37,270 nt of DNA from Sphaeroforma arctica JP610 (lineage: Eukaryota). Of the stretch, positions 9,849-22,447 are shown piece by piece. Position 1 is the stretch's first letter. Each line of letters starts with the position of its first letter. Under the pieces are notes generated by a model that ran no database searches, was not told the origin of the DNA, and worked only from the letters and a program-made list of their open reading frames with translations. The stretch is from contig NW_014039812.1 in NCBI RefSeq assembly GCF_001186125.1, positions 1-37,270 of the forward strand, in the 5' to 3' direction. Both the position numbers and the translations under genes were made by a program.

Positions 9849-11840
9849 AATCAGTAAATTTGTAGACGATACGTAGAGGTGAATATTTGAGGCTACGCCT
9901 GATAGTAACCTTGGGGACTATCTCCGTTTAAACACCCTTCATGCTCTATGAAGAGACTTGGATGTTCAGTCTGAGTCTCAGATGATAGTTTTGGTGGATG
10001 TTCGATTGCAATTTAAGTTTCAAACTCAATATCGAACACAATCTTTTCGAAGTCGGATGCGCTTGTCCCACATGTCTATGCACAGACTTAATCAGCTCCC
10101 TTTTTCCGTCAAATCTATTATATTCGAAGGCAGCAGTACTTACTTAACGATGCTTCTGTATGAGAAGAAGCTCGTTCTAGAATCGTTTGTGTCAGTGGTG
10201 AAAAGCGTACAGGCACCAAAGACACCTTTTATATGACTTGTGTGCACACTTTTATGAATATGAAATTAATGTATTCATATACTCTGCAAATCGCGAAATA
10301 CACTCACACATACATCATTTCTTGTTGTTCTTTCTGTTGCGTACTGTGCCTAGCTCAATTGTTGTAGCTTTGATCAGCCGATGCGCACCTGTGATAAGAG
10401 TGTTACCTTGCTTCGTGAACCTGGATGCCTCAGGGGGCCGCTCATCTTTGGACTAAAGTTATGCTCGTCTAGTGCAACATACACTTGAGCTTTTAAATGT
10501 GGGGTTCATTCCTCCATTGTATAAATATTCGCTCACCAAGTATTAAGTTTTTCTTGTGGACATTGTTGCCTTCGACGCGGGATGAAAGGAAAGTGCCAAA
10601 GGACATCATAACGTCTACATATTCAGGGTTGGAATTGACTTTAGCTTTTGTAGGGACGCGAAGAATTTCGGTGCAATTTGTTTTATTGACTGGGTAGTCA
10701 GTGTTCAAGCAGAACAATACAGACGTCTACAACTGTATATTGTCTGATCGAGCTTTACCGGGTATATGATCAAATCATACACATTGCTCGCTACCACCTA
10801 GCGTCCATAAAAGTCATAGAAGCTCCCCAATTCACCATCGAATGACGTCGCTGCGAAGTGAGGTATGATGTGATGATTGTGAAATGGGTGCGTCTGTGCT
10901 AATAACTGTGCGGGCATGCGTCTACCTATTAGACCTGGCTCTATCGATTTGCGCTTTTCATTGCTGTATAAGTAGGCCAACCTACAAGGTTTGTGTATTT
11001 CCTGAAGCCGATTAGCCAGAACTGAAGCGTCCAATATATGAACTATCCACGATGCATCAATTTTGAGCCTCGTCGGACTGGCATTATAACAGACTGATAT
11101 ACCCTTGAATTGATTGTTTACAAGCGTCTTCCATCTTGTTGGGATGCGCGTTATCGACGAAGCAATGGGCCAGAAACACTACCATCTGTTCTCGATGGGG
11201 AACTGCAGTGTTGATGCTATTCTCAACAGCGTATTTGCTCAAATACTTCATAGCGACTTAAAAGTTTCACTGTGTCACTTCGGCTAGTCCCCCGTTGCTC
11301 AGTTGCAGAACCACGGTATTGTAGTCGAGTTCCGCCCTTAGCTCCTTATGGGTTTGCTGCCGAGCAGCTGATATAATACTTCGGCATAAAGACTTGTCGG
11401 TGGTAAGGAGATCTCTAAAACCTGAGCAATGCTGTTTGGGTAGTGTGCTGCCCCTTCGTCGAGTTTTGTGAGGGCTAGGCCGTGTCTGACAATGTGCGGC
11501 CACTATATGGCTTTTCTCCATATTGGTATGATGATGACTGTCCGTTGTAATCGACGGCTAAGCTCTTGGAGTATCTGATCTAGCATGGCCACTGGATGCG
11601 CTAGGAGCTCGAGGGTCATAAAGACGTGTCGGGGGGGTATGGAGATCTCTTAACCCCGACCAATGCTGTCTGTATACTGCCCCTTCGTCGAGTTTTGTAA
11701 GGGCTAGGCCGTGTCTGACTTTGTGCGGCCACCATAAGGCTTTTCTCCATAATGGTATGATGACGACTGTCCGTTGCAATCCGTAATCGACGGTCCAGCT
11801 CTTGGAGTATCTGATCTAGCATGGTTTCCGGTGACGCTAG

Positions 11841-12618
11841 TGTGATATTCGGTCTATCAGGGCGATATTAACGCCTTAGAGTAATTAAACGCTTAGGTTA
11901 AATCTAAGTATAATTAAATTCGAAGTAAATAAACGAAATGAGCCTTTTAGTAAAGTTAGGTATGCCTCGTGAAAACAGCAATACTCTTGAGGGATTGTGA
12001 GGCTGAGACATTGCCTATATATAACCCTCTCAGTACTGTTTTCGCCGAAGGGATTCTATTTAATGTTTCGTTGTCGCTCTAATAGAAACTATTTAATGTT
12101 TCGTTGTCGCTCTAATAGAAACTATGGTATGTTTCGTTGGGGCGAATCCGAGAGACTCATAAAATTATATCTTTAGAAGAAGAAGAAATATATACTCTTG
12201 ATGTCCATAGTTATTGCATTAACCAATAACTTGCCACTTATCAAGAATTGCCGACTTAGCCTTCATCAGACTGTCACATCTGGTTGGCTGAACGGAGGAT
12301 AAACTAAGCAACACTAATAGTCCTTAGAAACCTATGTTCGGTTGAGCCATCTCGCTACCGAAGTATTCAGGTATAAATAGATTTGGAAGGTTAATATAGT
12401 TCTGTTAATAGAACTAGACCAAATCTTATATTTGGTATTTTACTGCGGCCTTTAATGGCCTTGTCCAAATATCTGATATGTAAAATGGAAAAGGTATTTA
12501 ATTAATAAAAACTGTTAAAACCTATTTAAGAGTTTACGTACTTTTAAGAGCACGTTTTACGTACTATTAAGAATACGTTTATATTACAAGATTCTAATGT
12601 GGAGGCCCGGCTTTTACA
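11841..12618. mobile_element. Solo LTR (778 bp) nested in the DIRS element, 4-bp TSD CTAG
   Basis: Starts TGTGATA, ends TTTTACA, flanked by CTAG at 11837-11840 and 12619-12622. Removing it restores the reading QTLELLASPETML. Contains a TATA-like TATATATAA near 12016 and a 33-bp duplication near 12056-12140. Confidence 0.82.
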
Positions 12619-14984
12619 CTAGGAGCTCGAGGGTTTGATCCCAATTGGAGTGATCGGCGTTGGCAAAGCCGACGTGTGTTTGATGTGCCTTCCCCAAGTA
12701 CTAGCTGTCCGGATATGCTCGATCGGATGGGTTCTGTATTATATGCCATTTGCGAAATAGTTGCAGAATGACCTCGGACATCACTATCCAATCATACTAC
12801 AGTAGTTTTCCTCCTTGCGAAAGCATATCTGCTGTGAGGTTTGATTTGGCATGTAGCCCAGGGCTACAAACCATAGTACCTGTTCTTGGTGACAATACCA
12901 GACCAGGCGCCGTAGATGTGCGTTCATCAATCGTGACTAGCTCCTGCGTTTCCGAAGAGCGTGAAGCGCAGTCGTGCAGTCCGTCAGCCAGAGAAACAGG
13001 ATCTTGACAATGGCGTTGTGCTTGTCAAAGTACTCGAACGCCAGCATTAGTGCTCTCAGTTTGAGTACTGCTATTGGCGAGTGCTGTTCCGTTGGTACCC
13101 ATGTCCCCGTAAATGTCTATGTCTTCTGGTTGAAGGTCAACCCCCTTGTGATCTGGGAGCCATAATACTCGAGTTTGGACGATCTCGATGAGCATTTGGA
13201 TGCTTTCGATTTTTGGAATGCGTTCGATTTTTTGAATGCTGCTCCTGACAACCGAATTTGAGAGTGGAGGAGCGGCTCCACATAGTCGTCTGCTATAAAT
13301 CACGACACAGGGACGTAAGCCTAGAATGAAGTAGCCCACCCACAGGAGGGATTTTAAAAAATCGATTACCAGAGTTTAGTTTTGATTTTTCGTTGATGCT
13401 TCAGGTCATTGTTATTTTTTATATGGAGATTAAGACTACGCCGACCGAGGTGCTGAAGATTCGTCACGGGATGTGTCCAATATCCTTTCCTTTTGCGAAC
13501 TCCAGCCGTAGTGATTTGAAGAGGTCGATTATTTGTTGATGGTGTTTAATGATTTGTTTCCTGGATCAGCCCAGGAGAAGCATATCGTCTGCATATAATA
13601 ATATCCGAATCCCCTGTCGCGGAGAACTCTGCGAACAACATCCATCAGTTGATTGAAGTGTGCTGGGGAAAAGGAGACACCCATCGGAAGGAGGAGAAAG
13701 CGCCACAGTTGCCCCATGTGGTCTCGAAATTGCCATAGGTGGGGCTATGCCACAGGTATTGCTTAGAATCCGTCGCGAATGCACGCGAACATAGCTACAT
13801 CCCCCGGGCGAGCAAGCTGAACTAGTCTCTCTAGACCTTCCGTCCGGAACGATTTCTCCTCGGCACGGTCGTCGATCTTTGCTGGATTGAGTAGGAGACG
13901 AGATCAGATCCCATCTGCTTTGAGTATCATGAATGTGGAGTGCACTAGGTATGCCACCGAACCCAGGTAGCGTCGGATAGCCCCTGCTCCCTCCAGCTGC
14001 GATAGGTCCGCGATGATCATCGGATCCGTGACTTCTAGAATAGTTATCCACCCGTTCTTCTGTGATGGTGATGGAGGACCTTTCGGACCCATACTGGCCG
14101 TACTGGATCGCCCAGAATACCTCCTTGGTCGCGCCGTGCTCCCTCCATTTTTGCCATATAGCTTCAAATACGTTGATAGAGCGGAGCTTACCCCGCCTTC
14201 TTACTTGTCAGTTTCGTCGTCCTCTTTCTTACGGTATTTGAATTTATAGAGTTCGATCTCAAACTGCTCCTTCTTGTTCTGCCGCAAGATTTTTTGAATG
14301 TCTGTATGAGTTGTGATGAGTTGGCTTTACCTACTGCTTTCCGAACGCTGCGAAGGCTTTATTCTCTACCACTCTTAGCTGTTGAGGTTCCACTACTTGG
14401 CCTAGGTCCTTAATCACATCTAATATGAGCCCAAGATAAGCTTTTTCCCGGTGTTCTGGAGATAGACCACCGAGATGGATTCGCTTGATTACATGGGCCA
14501 AATAATTGGCCCAATTTAAGATATTGTCAGCCTCTTCCCGCACCTCGGCCCTCTGGCCCTTATACCAAGGGGGAGTAACAACGGGGTCCTCTGAGATACG
14601 ATACACTGTCTTGACACCAGACTGTTGTGCATGTGTCCAGGGGAACTCCTGTTCTCCTACCTCCGTTCGCTACGGCGGAGCACTGTTACAGATTGTTGAT
14701 ATGTTCAAATGTGAAGACTCCGGTTATCTCAAGCCGGAGTCCAAAAAGAGAGTTGCGGCCAGTTCCAGGCACTGCGTAGCCACGCTGTGCGGTCTCCAGC
14801 CGAATTGTCCCGGCAGTTACTCTGAGGTCGGGGAGTGGGCAAGTGGCATTCGCGTCTGGTGCCTGTTAATGTCCGTCTCCTTGGTCCATGACAATGGTTG
14901 TGAATAGTAAGTTTATTAGATAACGAAAACTTCTACCGTTAATAGGAGGAAAAAAGGATGAGAGATAGTGCCCTGTCTTTCGTC

Positions 14985-14992
14985 CTTTTATA
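14985..14992 (-). promoter_or_regulatory. TATA box candidate upstream of the DIRS gag-like region
   Basis: TATAAAAG on the minus strand, about 100 bp upstream of the gag-like coding remnants. Confidence 0.35.
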
Positions 14993-15121
14993 GTACAAGT
15001 TTCGAGATGTACGACAAAAGTACGTGAAGTAGGACATATATTTCTTTACACCGTCAGTGAGTCCCTGATTAAATCACTGGGTGATTCATTCTGGGACACA
15101 CGATTCTGTAAAAAAAACAAA

Positions 15122-18100
15122 TCTGGATCTATTCCCTGTTCCAAAATAATGTATGCATATATTTTTATTGTCCATATATTTTTGTTGTTCATGAAGTTCA
15201 CATCGTTTACAACTTTGTTCTAATCACTAGCGTGTTCTCAATAATCATGATCCCAACCCCTGGCCACGAGCCTGATCCCAATCCACCAAACACAAATACG
15301 TACATACCTGAAATCCTCTAAAGTCTAACAAAAATCACAACAATGTTCCCCCCTGAAATGACATAAATACCAGAGATAGAAGAAAAAATTCATCGACCTC
15401 AAATACTTTTTAACAAACTATGCATCATCACCCGCTCCCCAACCACCTCCACCGACGTCTCATCCAATCTCGTTTCGAAACATAGTTCGCTCTCAAGAAG
15501 CCCGACGTGCTCCCCTGAAGCTCACTCCGGACACAAACAACGTCCTCGTCAACTCTATGCCCAATTCCCCACCTAAATCCGTCTCCAACGTATGAATGCC
15601 TCCAATACCGCCACAGTAGCACTCTATTTCAAGCCATCGCCAATTGATAAGCCCATTTCTACAATCAAGCGTAGCCTACAAAACATCTCCGAACTCTACA
15701 ACGTTCCGATACCCCACCATTGAAGTAATCGTTCGTGAATCCGATGCTTGGCTGGTACCTCATGCGGCTGTCTAAACCCTCCGTTGGCAGCGAAACAATA
15801 ACGCTCACTCTAAAGGTCTCACACTGATCCGTAGCAAACAGCTAGCCTTCGATTGACTTACCCCCCACCTCCCCCCCCCCCCCCCCCTCCCCAATGGGAT
15901 TAACCCTGGCCCACAAGAGTCCTCCAAAGTAGAAATAGAGACAGAGCCAACCACTCCAAGCCCCACAGAGTCGACCCCGCACACTACAACCAGTGCTCAA
16001 AAATCTACAACCGCCGAAAGTATCACGTAAGCACTAAAGAGCAATCCTTATCACTCTACAATACAACAGACTCGCAAGGAAAGTTTACAAAACCCTAAGC
16101 CCAGACCCCCGGTAAACGATCACACTCCAATTACCTCACCATGATTAATGATAATCAAGGTTTACACATAAGTACGTTTGTATAACCGATCTCAACGTTG
16201 AAGCCGTCGTCTCACTCGCAATGAAGTCACTCCAACTTTATTTTGATCAAACATTGATTGCAAACATCATTGGACAAACTCCACCGCTGGTAATACACCC
16301 GAATAGTGGTGGTGTTATGATCCTCTCCCGCCACCCCCGTTCCAACTTCTCCGAGGTTCAACTTCATTACCACTTCCTTATGATAGTCAAACTATTCCAT
16401 ATCACCATAGTGGGAGTATATCTCCCACCCCGATCCCCCACACATGAAGTCATGAACACCCTAATCATGATAAATAACTCGCAAGCTAACATTATTGTGA
16501 ACATTACCATCCCCACACACTGCACGGCTTCAACTCCCAATCCCCGGTCACGAGCCTAGAACGTCAGACACTGATTGAGAACCATGCACCTCTTCCATGC
16601 CAACTGTGCTAATAGGTCTCTTAATACTGAAGACCATTTTTTTTACCGACTGTCGACAAGTCGATGTAAATTATAACACCATGCCCTCCACCATCTTGTC
16701 CGATCACCGACACTTCATCTCACTGAGGTACCCCCTTAGTCCCCCCCTTCTCCGTGTGCTCCGAGACCACACCCAGGCCCCCCTCACGCGAAACAAAGAC
16801 GGTACTCCTTCACAGGGATTCAATAAATCCAGAATAGATTACAAATTCTGGGAATCAGAATCCAACAGGAAACATGTCTTACAACTGGTCCGCCAACAAG
16901 CTAAGGTTTGGCCCTCTCTGCTCGCTGCCAATAACCCATCCGTAACCTTCCACAAAATAGTGGACAGACTGTGCCGCCTGCAAGCAGGAATTCTGCATTC
17001 CTACGCTCCAACAGCCTCACCTGTCTCAACACTGCCATCCCTCTCACCGCACCGTGCCACAGCCGGAAAACCCCTATCCGCCTACATATAGCCGTTTCAA
17101 GAAGTCCTCTTCCCACCCTAATACTTTAACCCGGGGCCCAACTGGTGCTGCACTTCCAGATCTAAATACAACGCTCTCAATTTCCTATCATCTTCAGAAT
17201 CTATTTGCTCCCTCGGTAGCTGCAACAGACGACAACCCCTCAACAACCCCTACGGTTGACAACACATCAATCCAGGACGTTTAGTCCACGTCATTACCAA
17301 CTACCCAGCTCGAAAGGGTGCAGGCCCCGATAGCATTTATATGGACTTCCTTAAAGCATGCCTAGAGACCCACCCATTGGATCACAAATATTACAGCCTT
17401 CGCGGAAAACTGAACCCCGACCCGCCCTTTGTCCAAATGCTCTGTATCTTATTCAAACAAATAGTTCATACTGGAGAATACCCCAACACGTGGAAATGTC
17501 TCCTAACAGTCCCGATTCCGAAAGTGAAGAAGCCAAAGTCACCAGCAGAATTTCGTCCCATCTCGCTAACACGGGGTTTCCGCCGAGTTCTTGAACTCTG
17601 TATCCTCCCCACCTTCCATAGCCACCCCTGCTTTCGCTTTAATCGATCCCGGACAGGCTACAGACCTGAATTCTCAGCAATTGGGTACACTCTCACCCTC
17701 CATGAGCGTATAGCCCGCCGCAGTCGGAATCAAGGTACTCGACGTCGTAGCCACCATATCCCACTCACTATGCATCCACCCCACCCTCCTCCGCCTCGCC
17801 AGTCTTTTTATCCCCTCCAACAACTTACTTACAAATTTAGTACTAGACAATTGCTGGTTGTCACAATACTATATACCAACTCCATTCCATTCTATTCCAC
17901 TCACCACCACTCTAAAGCTTAACATTACGTCTACCCTCTTTATTCTACCTATTATCACACACCTACACATCACAAAAGTGCTCGCCCCACACCCCAATAC
18001 TCACCCATCCCTCACGCCATTCTCTATACCCAAAGTACCATCATTCCTGACCATATCTCAGCAGAGCTGGCCATGCAGCCCGTTCTCCCTTTGGAGCCAT

Positions 18101-19592
18101 TGGTTTTCATACTAGGGCTCCCCCTAGAAATATCTCCAATGCTCTCTTTCTGGCTATCATCACATCTCGTGCGCTTCCCATTCTACATCTCGGTAGACCT
18201 TCGCTGTCCGCCAATGGTTTCATATTTCTAATAGGTCTAATAGCTCCCAAGCTCCGCTCCTGCTTTCGTACACCCGACCATGTAGCCCTCCGCCAACGCT
18301 GCGACGACATCAGGAAGAACTCAACAAAACGATGGTCCAACAAGGAGATCGCGGCAATGGCCCGGCGCCAATACTACTACCAACTGGTTATGGGTAAACC
18401 GCCAACCTCAAACCGAGACAAAGCCAGACACGACAGCTTCAACCTCTACCTCGAGCCTACACCAATCCGGCTCTGTGCTATGATTGTAACGAATACGTAC
18501 ATGATCACGTTGCTCGACTACCGCACCAACGGTTGTCTCTGCCCTGTCTGCCCCAGTAGCCACAAGTTCACCACCAGCCACTTTGCCTGCATCTAACAAC
18601 TGATTCGACGCATCCTGGTAGGCCCGAAACTGCCGCCCATTGGCCCTGACCTCCACCAGCAATTACAGGAGTACCACGACTTCCACGACTTCCACGGTAT
18701 GTGGACCCTCCACGAACACCTTGGATCTTTTCTCCAGCATGCAGAAGAACCACCGTACCCTCACCCGTCTCTGACACATCAACAGATGTTCCCCATACCC
18801 CGGCTAATCACGCTGTTGAAGTACTACTTCCAAATTTTGGTTCAAATCAAATCATCGCGCGTGTTGGTCCCGCCTATGATACTTCCGATCCAGGCCAACC
18901 AGCACATACCGAATGCATCCGTGGTCTAGTGCGGCATTGGTTCACCCCCATCCTCGCTCCTCGACCGAATTATGACGGAAAACCTGGTCCTACTCGGTAT
19001 TTCGTACTCTGCACTAACCCATTCCACGGCACTACATGGCGCAGACCCGATCCGTACCCCAGAGGTGGGTACGCTACTTAGTAGGTCAGCAAGCGAATAC
19101 ACGGCACATTCGATGGTACCAGTGTTTTGTCAGCACCGGCCCGAATTGACCCAGCGCATATCCTCCATATTCGGCTCACTTGGCCCAAGCTTCAAACGGG
19201 AATTTACTGACCACTTCTTCCCATCGATTTTGCCCGAACCTCTACAACGGCTATGAGAGCCATACCATATGTTCATACATTGTAACATACAGACTTTGTA
19301 ACTTATCTTTTTTGAAGAAAAAAATATTATCCCTAACCAAATGGCTTGCTGTAGCCCCAATTCTAGATGAGATCATAAACGAAATTGATCCAATTTCCCG
19401 ATAAGGGTAACTATTAGACCGGCCATTTGGTATGCTCTTCGCAGCCTTTAACGCTTTGTATGAAATTCGTATTCTCCCACAGAACAATACAGCTTTATAA
19501 TATATCCAATATGTGACTATGGATCGTAAATTCGACCTCAGATTATGACACACCCTCTAAATAAATGTTGACAAAAAAAACAAACAAAAAAA
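15122..19592 (+). mobile_element. Decayed non-LTR retrotransposon (LINE) with APE endonuclease, partial RT and CCHC knuckle
   Basis: APE motifs SGGVMIL, ITIVGVYLPP and LSDH (16699-16707). RT domains 0-2: KGAGPDSI, GEYPNTWK, VPIPK, FRPISL, TGYRP. C-terminal CPVC..TTSHFAC (about 18540-18590). AATAAA at 19560-19565 followed by an A-rich tail at 19573-19592. No YADD seen, so the RT core appears deleted or decayed. Ends uncertain. Confidence 0.85.
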
Positions 19593-20069
19593 CGTGTAAA
19601 ACATTCTGTAATATTTTGCGTTCAGCGCCGTATGATCCTAAAACGTTTGATGGACAATGTTGATTAGATCGTAAGGAGGTTGTTCCTCCGCGCCACAGTT
19701 GCGCAGCACCGAGATCAGCTTCCAAAAACACGAAGCTATTGCATATATGCATTTGCCTCATAGGATACAGTGTTTAAAGCGGAATTTTATATCAAATCTA
19801 CAGCAACGCATCTTGGATACATACGAGAACAATTTTTTTATCAATCTTTTCTGATTTAACTATTTTACAAAGGATAGTATGACGAATCTTTAGACTACAT
19901 TATCATTCTCGTTCTATTTGGCTCTGTAGGCCACGTAGAGTTTAGTGGGATGTCGTATATGATTTCGCTCTTTCATACACAATATATTTTATCTATTTAA
20001 CGATTTTGTGACGATCGATAAATGTGGCATAAGCATAATTGAAGTTAAAACATCACATGCGGGGGAAAG

Positions 20070-20445
20070 GGGAAAGTATTCGATAAACGGCGCATATTAC
20101 GTACGAATCAAAAATTCGTAATGGCTGTCATATCAAATTGCTGTGAATCGTCGTCTCACCAAAGTTTCGTAATTAGGATTTTATTCACACTTTCATACAC
20201 GATAGAAGTAAATATTGCCAATTCCGCATCCAATACAGCACGACATGACGATCGATATATCAGCCATAAGCAGAATTGAAGTCAATGCCATATGTCGGAG
20301 AAAGGTAAAAAAATGTATCCGATAAACAACGCATATCACGTGCATCACAAATATTACAGAAAAGAATCAAATTCACATTGAAAAATACTTTGTGTCATAA
20401 TTGCTGTAAAATCGTCCTGTCACCAAAATTTCGTAATTAGGATAA
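20070..20445. repeat. Degenerate direct duplication (about 110-130 bp units, about 250 bp apart)
   Basis: CGATAAAC..CGCATAT and AATTGCTGT..ATCGTC..TCACCAAA.TTTCGTAATTAGGAT each occur twice. Confidence 0.7.
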
Positions 20446-20595
20446 AAATGTATTACGGAAAGGTGGCACAGATTTGATGTGGGGTGCAGAACTGACAATT
20501 TAACAATCTTCAAAGTCTTAGAAGGCGCAGCGCGAAGAAAAGTTTTTTTCTTATCCCTACATGCCCATTTAGCAAAATAAGTAACACAAAGTTAG

Positions 20596-20784
20596 TGTAA
20601 TTCTTGTATTACATTAGTAATCGTATATTGCATAGTACTCTACCCGAGGGGTTTCTTTCTGGCCCTGTTCGTTTCCAGGAAGGAACTACCGGCCTTGCTG
20701 AACGGGGCCTGAGTTTATCATACACCGTGTCCTACCTTTTCAATAAACGTAAATACTGGGTTTCTCCTTTGATAGGTTCTTACA
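20596..20784 (+). mobile_element. LTR-like segment (189 bp), related to 22290-22370 in inverted orientation
   Basis: TGTAA...TTACA termini and AATAAA at 20742-20747. The core GCCCTGTTCGTT..GGAAGGAACTACCG..CTTG.TGAAC.G.GCCTGAGTT matches the reverse complement of 22290-22370. No TSD found. Confidence 0.5.
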
Positions 20785-22447
20785 CGCTGCATCCTTTTTG
20801 CTTGATGACGTAATAGGTGCCATTAGTTCTTGGTAGGCAGAGTTTAGCAGTAAGGTCAGTCAAGATGCACTGAAGATGCGCTGAAGTTCCGTCCCGGAGT
20901 TTTGTATGGGGATCCAGCGGTTTGTATATCATTCGCGCGATGAGAGCTTGGAAAAAGTCAGGGTCCAAATAGGTAAGGATGTATAATTTTCATGTCATTT
21001 TCAATAGTTTGAGGGGGACGTTGTCGGTTTCCACCTTGGTTATTAGTGGTCGAGCCGAGAGATGCATGTAGTTGACTATAGCGCCACTGTCGATTAGAAA
21101 AGATTCATTATTGTGGGGGTTGGCGGACGTACTATAGGCAGCTGGTATAAGTATTTGAGCAATAAAAAGGGTAGAAAGCAAGTAATCAAAGTTTTTTTAT
21201 CCGCTCTTTTACTGCATACATTGTCTACATGTTCATTGCGATTTTATCCAGAGGACTTGAAATAGTCTGGCCTCATTTGCCACAAGCCTTAGGTACGCCG
21301 GGCAACCGGACGATCTCGTGCATGGTGGGTTGAACTGCTGGTGTGCTGCTGCTGTTGTAGTGTACTTTTCGTTTTCTATCGGATTCGAAGAGACCATCAA
21401 TGATGACACTCTGCGCTACGCTCGGAGAGAACGTGATACCCTGGACCTTTTCGCTGAGAAGTATGTCCTCAATGCGATGTGACCAAGGCCAAGAGCGATT
21501 GATCCTGTTTACGAGACATTAGGTGGAGAGAAGCAGTGTCGATGATGTCGTAGATGTTGCAAGATTGGTACTTGAAGAAGTAATTCAGAAGCTGGAGCAG
21601 TGTCCACGAACGAGACTGCTTGATGGCAAGGTCCAGCTTGAGGCAGAGAGCGATATGGTGGCAATAATTACGTTCTAAACAGCGTGGTATTTATCAGGGT
21701 CCTTGAAATTGAGGTGTTAGATCAAAATCAATATAGACTTTGATATTTCAAATGCAACTAAAGTTCGGTACCAAAAATAGTACGTCACTCAGAACTGTCC
21801 CTTGTCAAAAGTGTCCTCCATAGTTCATTAGCATAGCTTAGCCATGTGTAGGCACATGGTAAGCATTGTACATATAAACCCTCAGAAGAGGTGTGAATAA
21901 ATTATGCTATACATGGTTCTATATGCACTATCAGATTATGGGTCTCGGTACTAACATGAGAACGTAGTCGCTTTCGGCGATGGTGGCCTTTCGGGCAGAA
22001 GTTCAATCTGAACTGGTTGTTCTATGACGTCTAAATATGACTCATTTAGGTCCGTAGCGAGGGCGTCGGGTTCAGCGTGACAGAGGGTCGTAGTAAGATC
22101 CATAATAGAGATAGATGTGGCTGCCATGTCCCAGATAACCAGTGATCAATGTTGGCGCCAACGACGATCTTGGGAGGCTTAGAAGGCGAGTTTGAGCTAG
22201 GAAGCATTATTCAGTAATGGTTGATAGTAGGTTTCTATATTGGTTGCCCATAATCTATAGGGAGTCATCAAGGGGCATTCTCAGCGACTCGTGTTCGAAC
22301 TCAGGCTCGGTTCAACAAGATCGGTAGTTCCTTCCAGCGAACGAACAGGGCTGAAAAGAAATCTTGGGGAATCGTTCTCTACGAACAGGAGAAACCAGAG
22401 TTATCCTGAAACAACGTGAAGGAAAAGTTATCCCCTATCTCTTTTCA
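20785..22447 (-). mobile_element. Truncated LTR retrotransposon remnant: putative 5' LTR, PBS-like site, gag, aspartic protease
   Basis: Protease motif FLIDSGAIVNYM (DSGA at about 21080-21091). Putative LTR 22447-22143 (TG...CA), then TGGTTATC and an ATG near 22127 opening a gag-like frame. RT and integrase not seen. Confidence 0.68.
21715..21956 (+). mobile_element. Solo LTR (242 bp) nested in the gag remnant, 5-bp TSD TGAGG/TGAGA
   Basis: Perfect 6-bp terminal inverted repeat TGTTAG...CTAACA; flanks match at 4 of 5 bases; internal TATAAA near 21873 followed by AATAAA at 21896-21901. Confidence 0.75.

Larger units (their letters stand above)
10250..14995 (-). mobile_element. Decayed DIRS-type (tyrosine recombinase) retrotransposon: gag-like, RT, RNase H, methyltransferase-like, YR
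   Basis: Minus-strand fragments in canonical DIRS order. RT: FLLLPMGVSFSPAHFNQLM and RILLYADDMLL (YADD 13584-13595). RNase H end: HAKSNLTADMLSQ..DWIVMSEVILQLFRKW (about 12740-12860). MT-like tail: NWDQTLELLASPETMLDQILQEL..VVIIPLWRKALWWP. YR N-terminus: LAEVTQ..MKYLSKYAVEN..EQMVVFLAH (about 11160-11290) and a degenerate HxxR-like box TGAHRLIKA (about 10362-10392). Many stops and frameshifts; boundaries approximate. Confidence 0.82.

Noticed and set aside
11090..11260. Stand-alone Crypton-like transposase N-terminus
   Set aside because: It directly follows the DIRS MT-like segment on the same strand, so it is better explained as that element's YR.
19005..19250. His-Cys box or HNH homing endonuclease suggested by LCTNPFH and SSHRFC
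   Set aside because: The motifs are in the wrong order and in different frames; kept only as an unidentified LINE 3' region.
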